A DNA stretch of 64,000 nucleotides, taken from assembly GCA_041738505.1 (NCBI GenBank), contig JBGSPQ010000010.1, positions 5,553 to 69,552 of the forward strand, written 5' to 3'. The notes under the pieces were generated by a model that was not told the DNA's origin, made no database searches, and saw only the letters and a list, made by a program, of their open reading frames with translations. The stretch is from Candidatus Altimarinota bacterium. Its GTDB lineage: Bacteria; Patescibacteriota; Gracilibacteria; UBA1369. This document shows, in pieces, positions 63,339 through 64,000 of this stretch (positions are counted from its first letter, which is position 1; every line of letters begins with the position of its first letter). A program made the translations under genes and the position numbers.

Positions 63339-64000
63339 ATGCAAACAACAACCACAACCATGAACCCAAATCTCAACAGACAACCCGGAGTGACCGGCTC
63401 ACCCGCAGTAGCGGTGGAAGCCGCAAAACCGCTGGCCGGTACCGAAAAGAAATCGGTTATGGCCAGAATATCCTCCGTAAGCTCGGGCATATTCGGAAAA
63501 ATCAAAAGTGTAATGCCATTTGTGAATTCCGCCGAAGTTGCGGCGCCGGTGCCGGTTGTACCGAATATTCCCAACTACAAACCGATTACACCCGCCGATT
63601 TAGCTCCAAAAAACACAATGGTTTACCGGCCTCCGATGGCAATCCCGCGCAGAGGTGAGGTGGCAGGAGTTGCGGCTAAAAGAAGCGCTCCCGATTTAAG
63701 CAAAGACCTATTTGCCCATCTTTCCGAAAAACCTGCTGACGATTCTTCCGCTTCCGCCAAAACCGAAGGACAGACATTAACTTTAAATGGACTCACCTCT
63801 GCAAAATTAAGCGTTTACCCGGCGGGCAGTATGCCGAAGGCCAGAGTTATACCCAGAAACGCTCCTGCCGTGGATTACAAATTTGAATACCAAGAACCCG
63901 CGGAAGAAAGTCGTGCAAACAATTTCGCTCCCAATCTTTCCAATGTTTTTAAAAGAAATGCTGTGCTTTCGGCAACAGAGGCGGTAAAACCCGCGGTGGC
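63339..64000 (+). CDS. Hypothetical protein, 5' part (open to the end of the window)
   Basis: My translation from ATG 63339 (MQTTTTTMNPNLNRQPGVTGSPAVAVEAAKPLAG...) has no stop through 64000. It is absent from the track because it has no stop. A possible promoter TTGACA-17-TACAAA lies upstream. Confidence 0.5.
   Translation, partial: MQTTTTTMNPNLNRQPGVTGSPAVAVEAAKPLAGTEKKSVMARISSVSSGIFGKIKSVMPFVNSAEVAAPVPVVPNIPNYKPITPADLAPKNTMVYRPPMAIPRRGEVAGVAAKRSAPDLSKDLFAHLSEKPADDSSASAKTEGQTLTLNGLTSAKLSVYPAGSMPKARVIPRNAPAVDYKFEYQEPAEESRANNFAPNLSNVFKRNAVLSATEAVKPAV

Overview
This is a gene-dense 64-kb bacterial window read in the standard genetic code. Many neighbouring genes abut or overlap by a few nucleotides.

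Housekeeping genes I can read directly:
- leuS (5' part only), rpsO-pnp, lon, cdaA-cdaR, aroD, ychF
- a long RelA/SpoT homologue, ligA, dnaX, nfo, polX
- tRNA-Gly(GCC), tRNA-Phe(GAA) and tRNA-Val(GAC), all with encoded CCA

Accessory content:
- a sortase and a cupredoxin
- an M15 cell-wall peptidase, two GT4 glycosyltransferases, and a Wzx-like flippase
- an aldehyde dehydrogenase / class-III aminotransferase / arginase-family cluster
- two paralogous DUF222-like HNH endonuclease genes in opposite orientation
- many hypothetical proteins

Start codons sit in A-rich contexts with no visible Shine-Dalgarno sequence. Together with the gene content, this fits a reduced-genome uncultivated lineage such as Patescibacteria/CPR. 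That placement is inference only. I saw no rRNA, CRISPR array, integrase or transposase.

The most interesting signals are:
1. A roughly 940-nt ORF-free transcription unit (19800-20776, + strand). It has a near-consensus promoter, a very long intrinsic terminator, and two copies of a conserved-stem, variable-loop module. I read it as a candidate large structured ncRNA.
2. A 23-codon leader peptide with 6 His codons, embedded in mutually exclusive terminator/antiterminator hairpins (19432-19617, - strand). It lies upstream of an operon encoding an unknown 314-aa protein and a DapF/CntK-like two-cysteine racemase.
3. A 2248-aa protein that fuses an N-terminal M48-type HExxH metalloprotease to a C-terminal UbiB/ABC1-type atypical kinase.

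Secondary observations:
- a membrane-anchored Rel
- a CDF transporter fusion with an upstream palindrome
- an LAxTG-like sorting signal on the cupredoxin
- an in-frame GC-rich repeat inside aroD
- a protein carrying three FtsZ C-terminal-peptide-like motifs
- C-rich CAACCT repeat tracts next to both HNH genes
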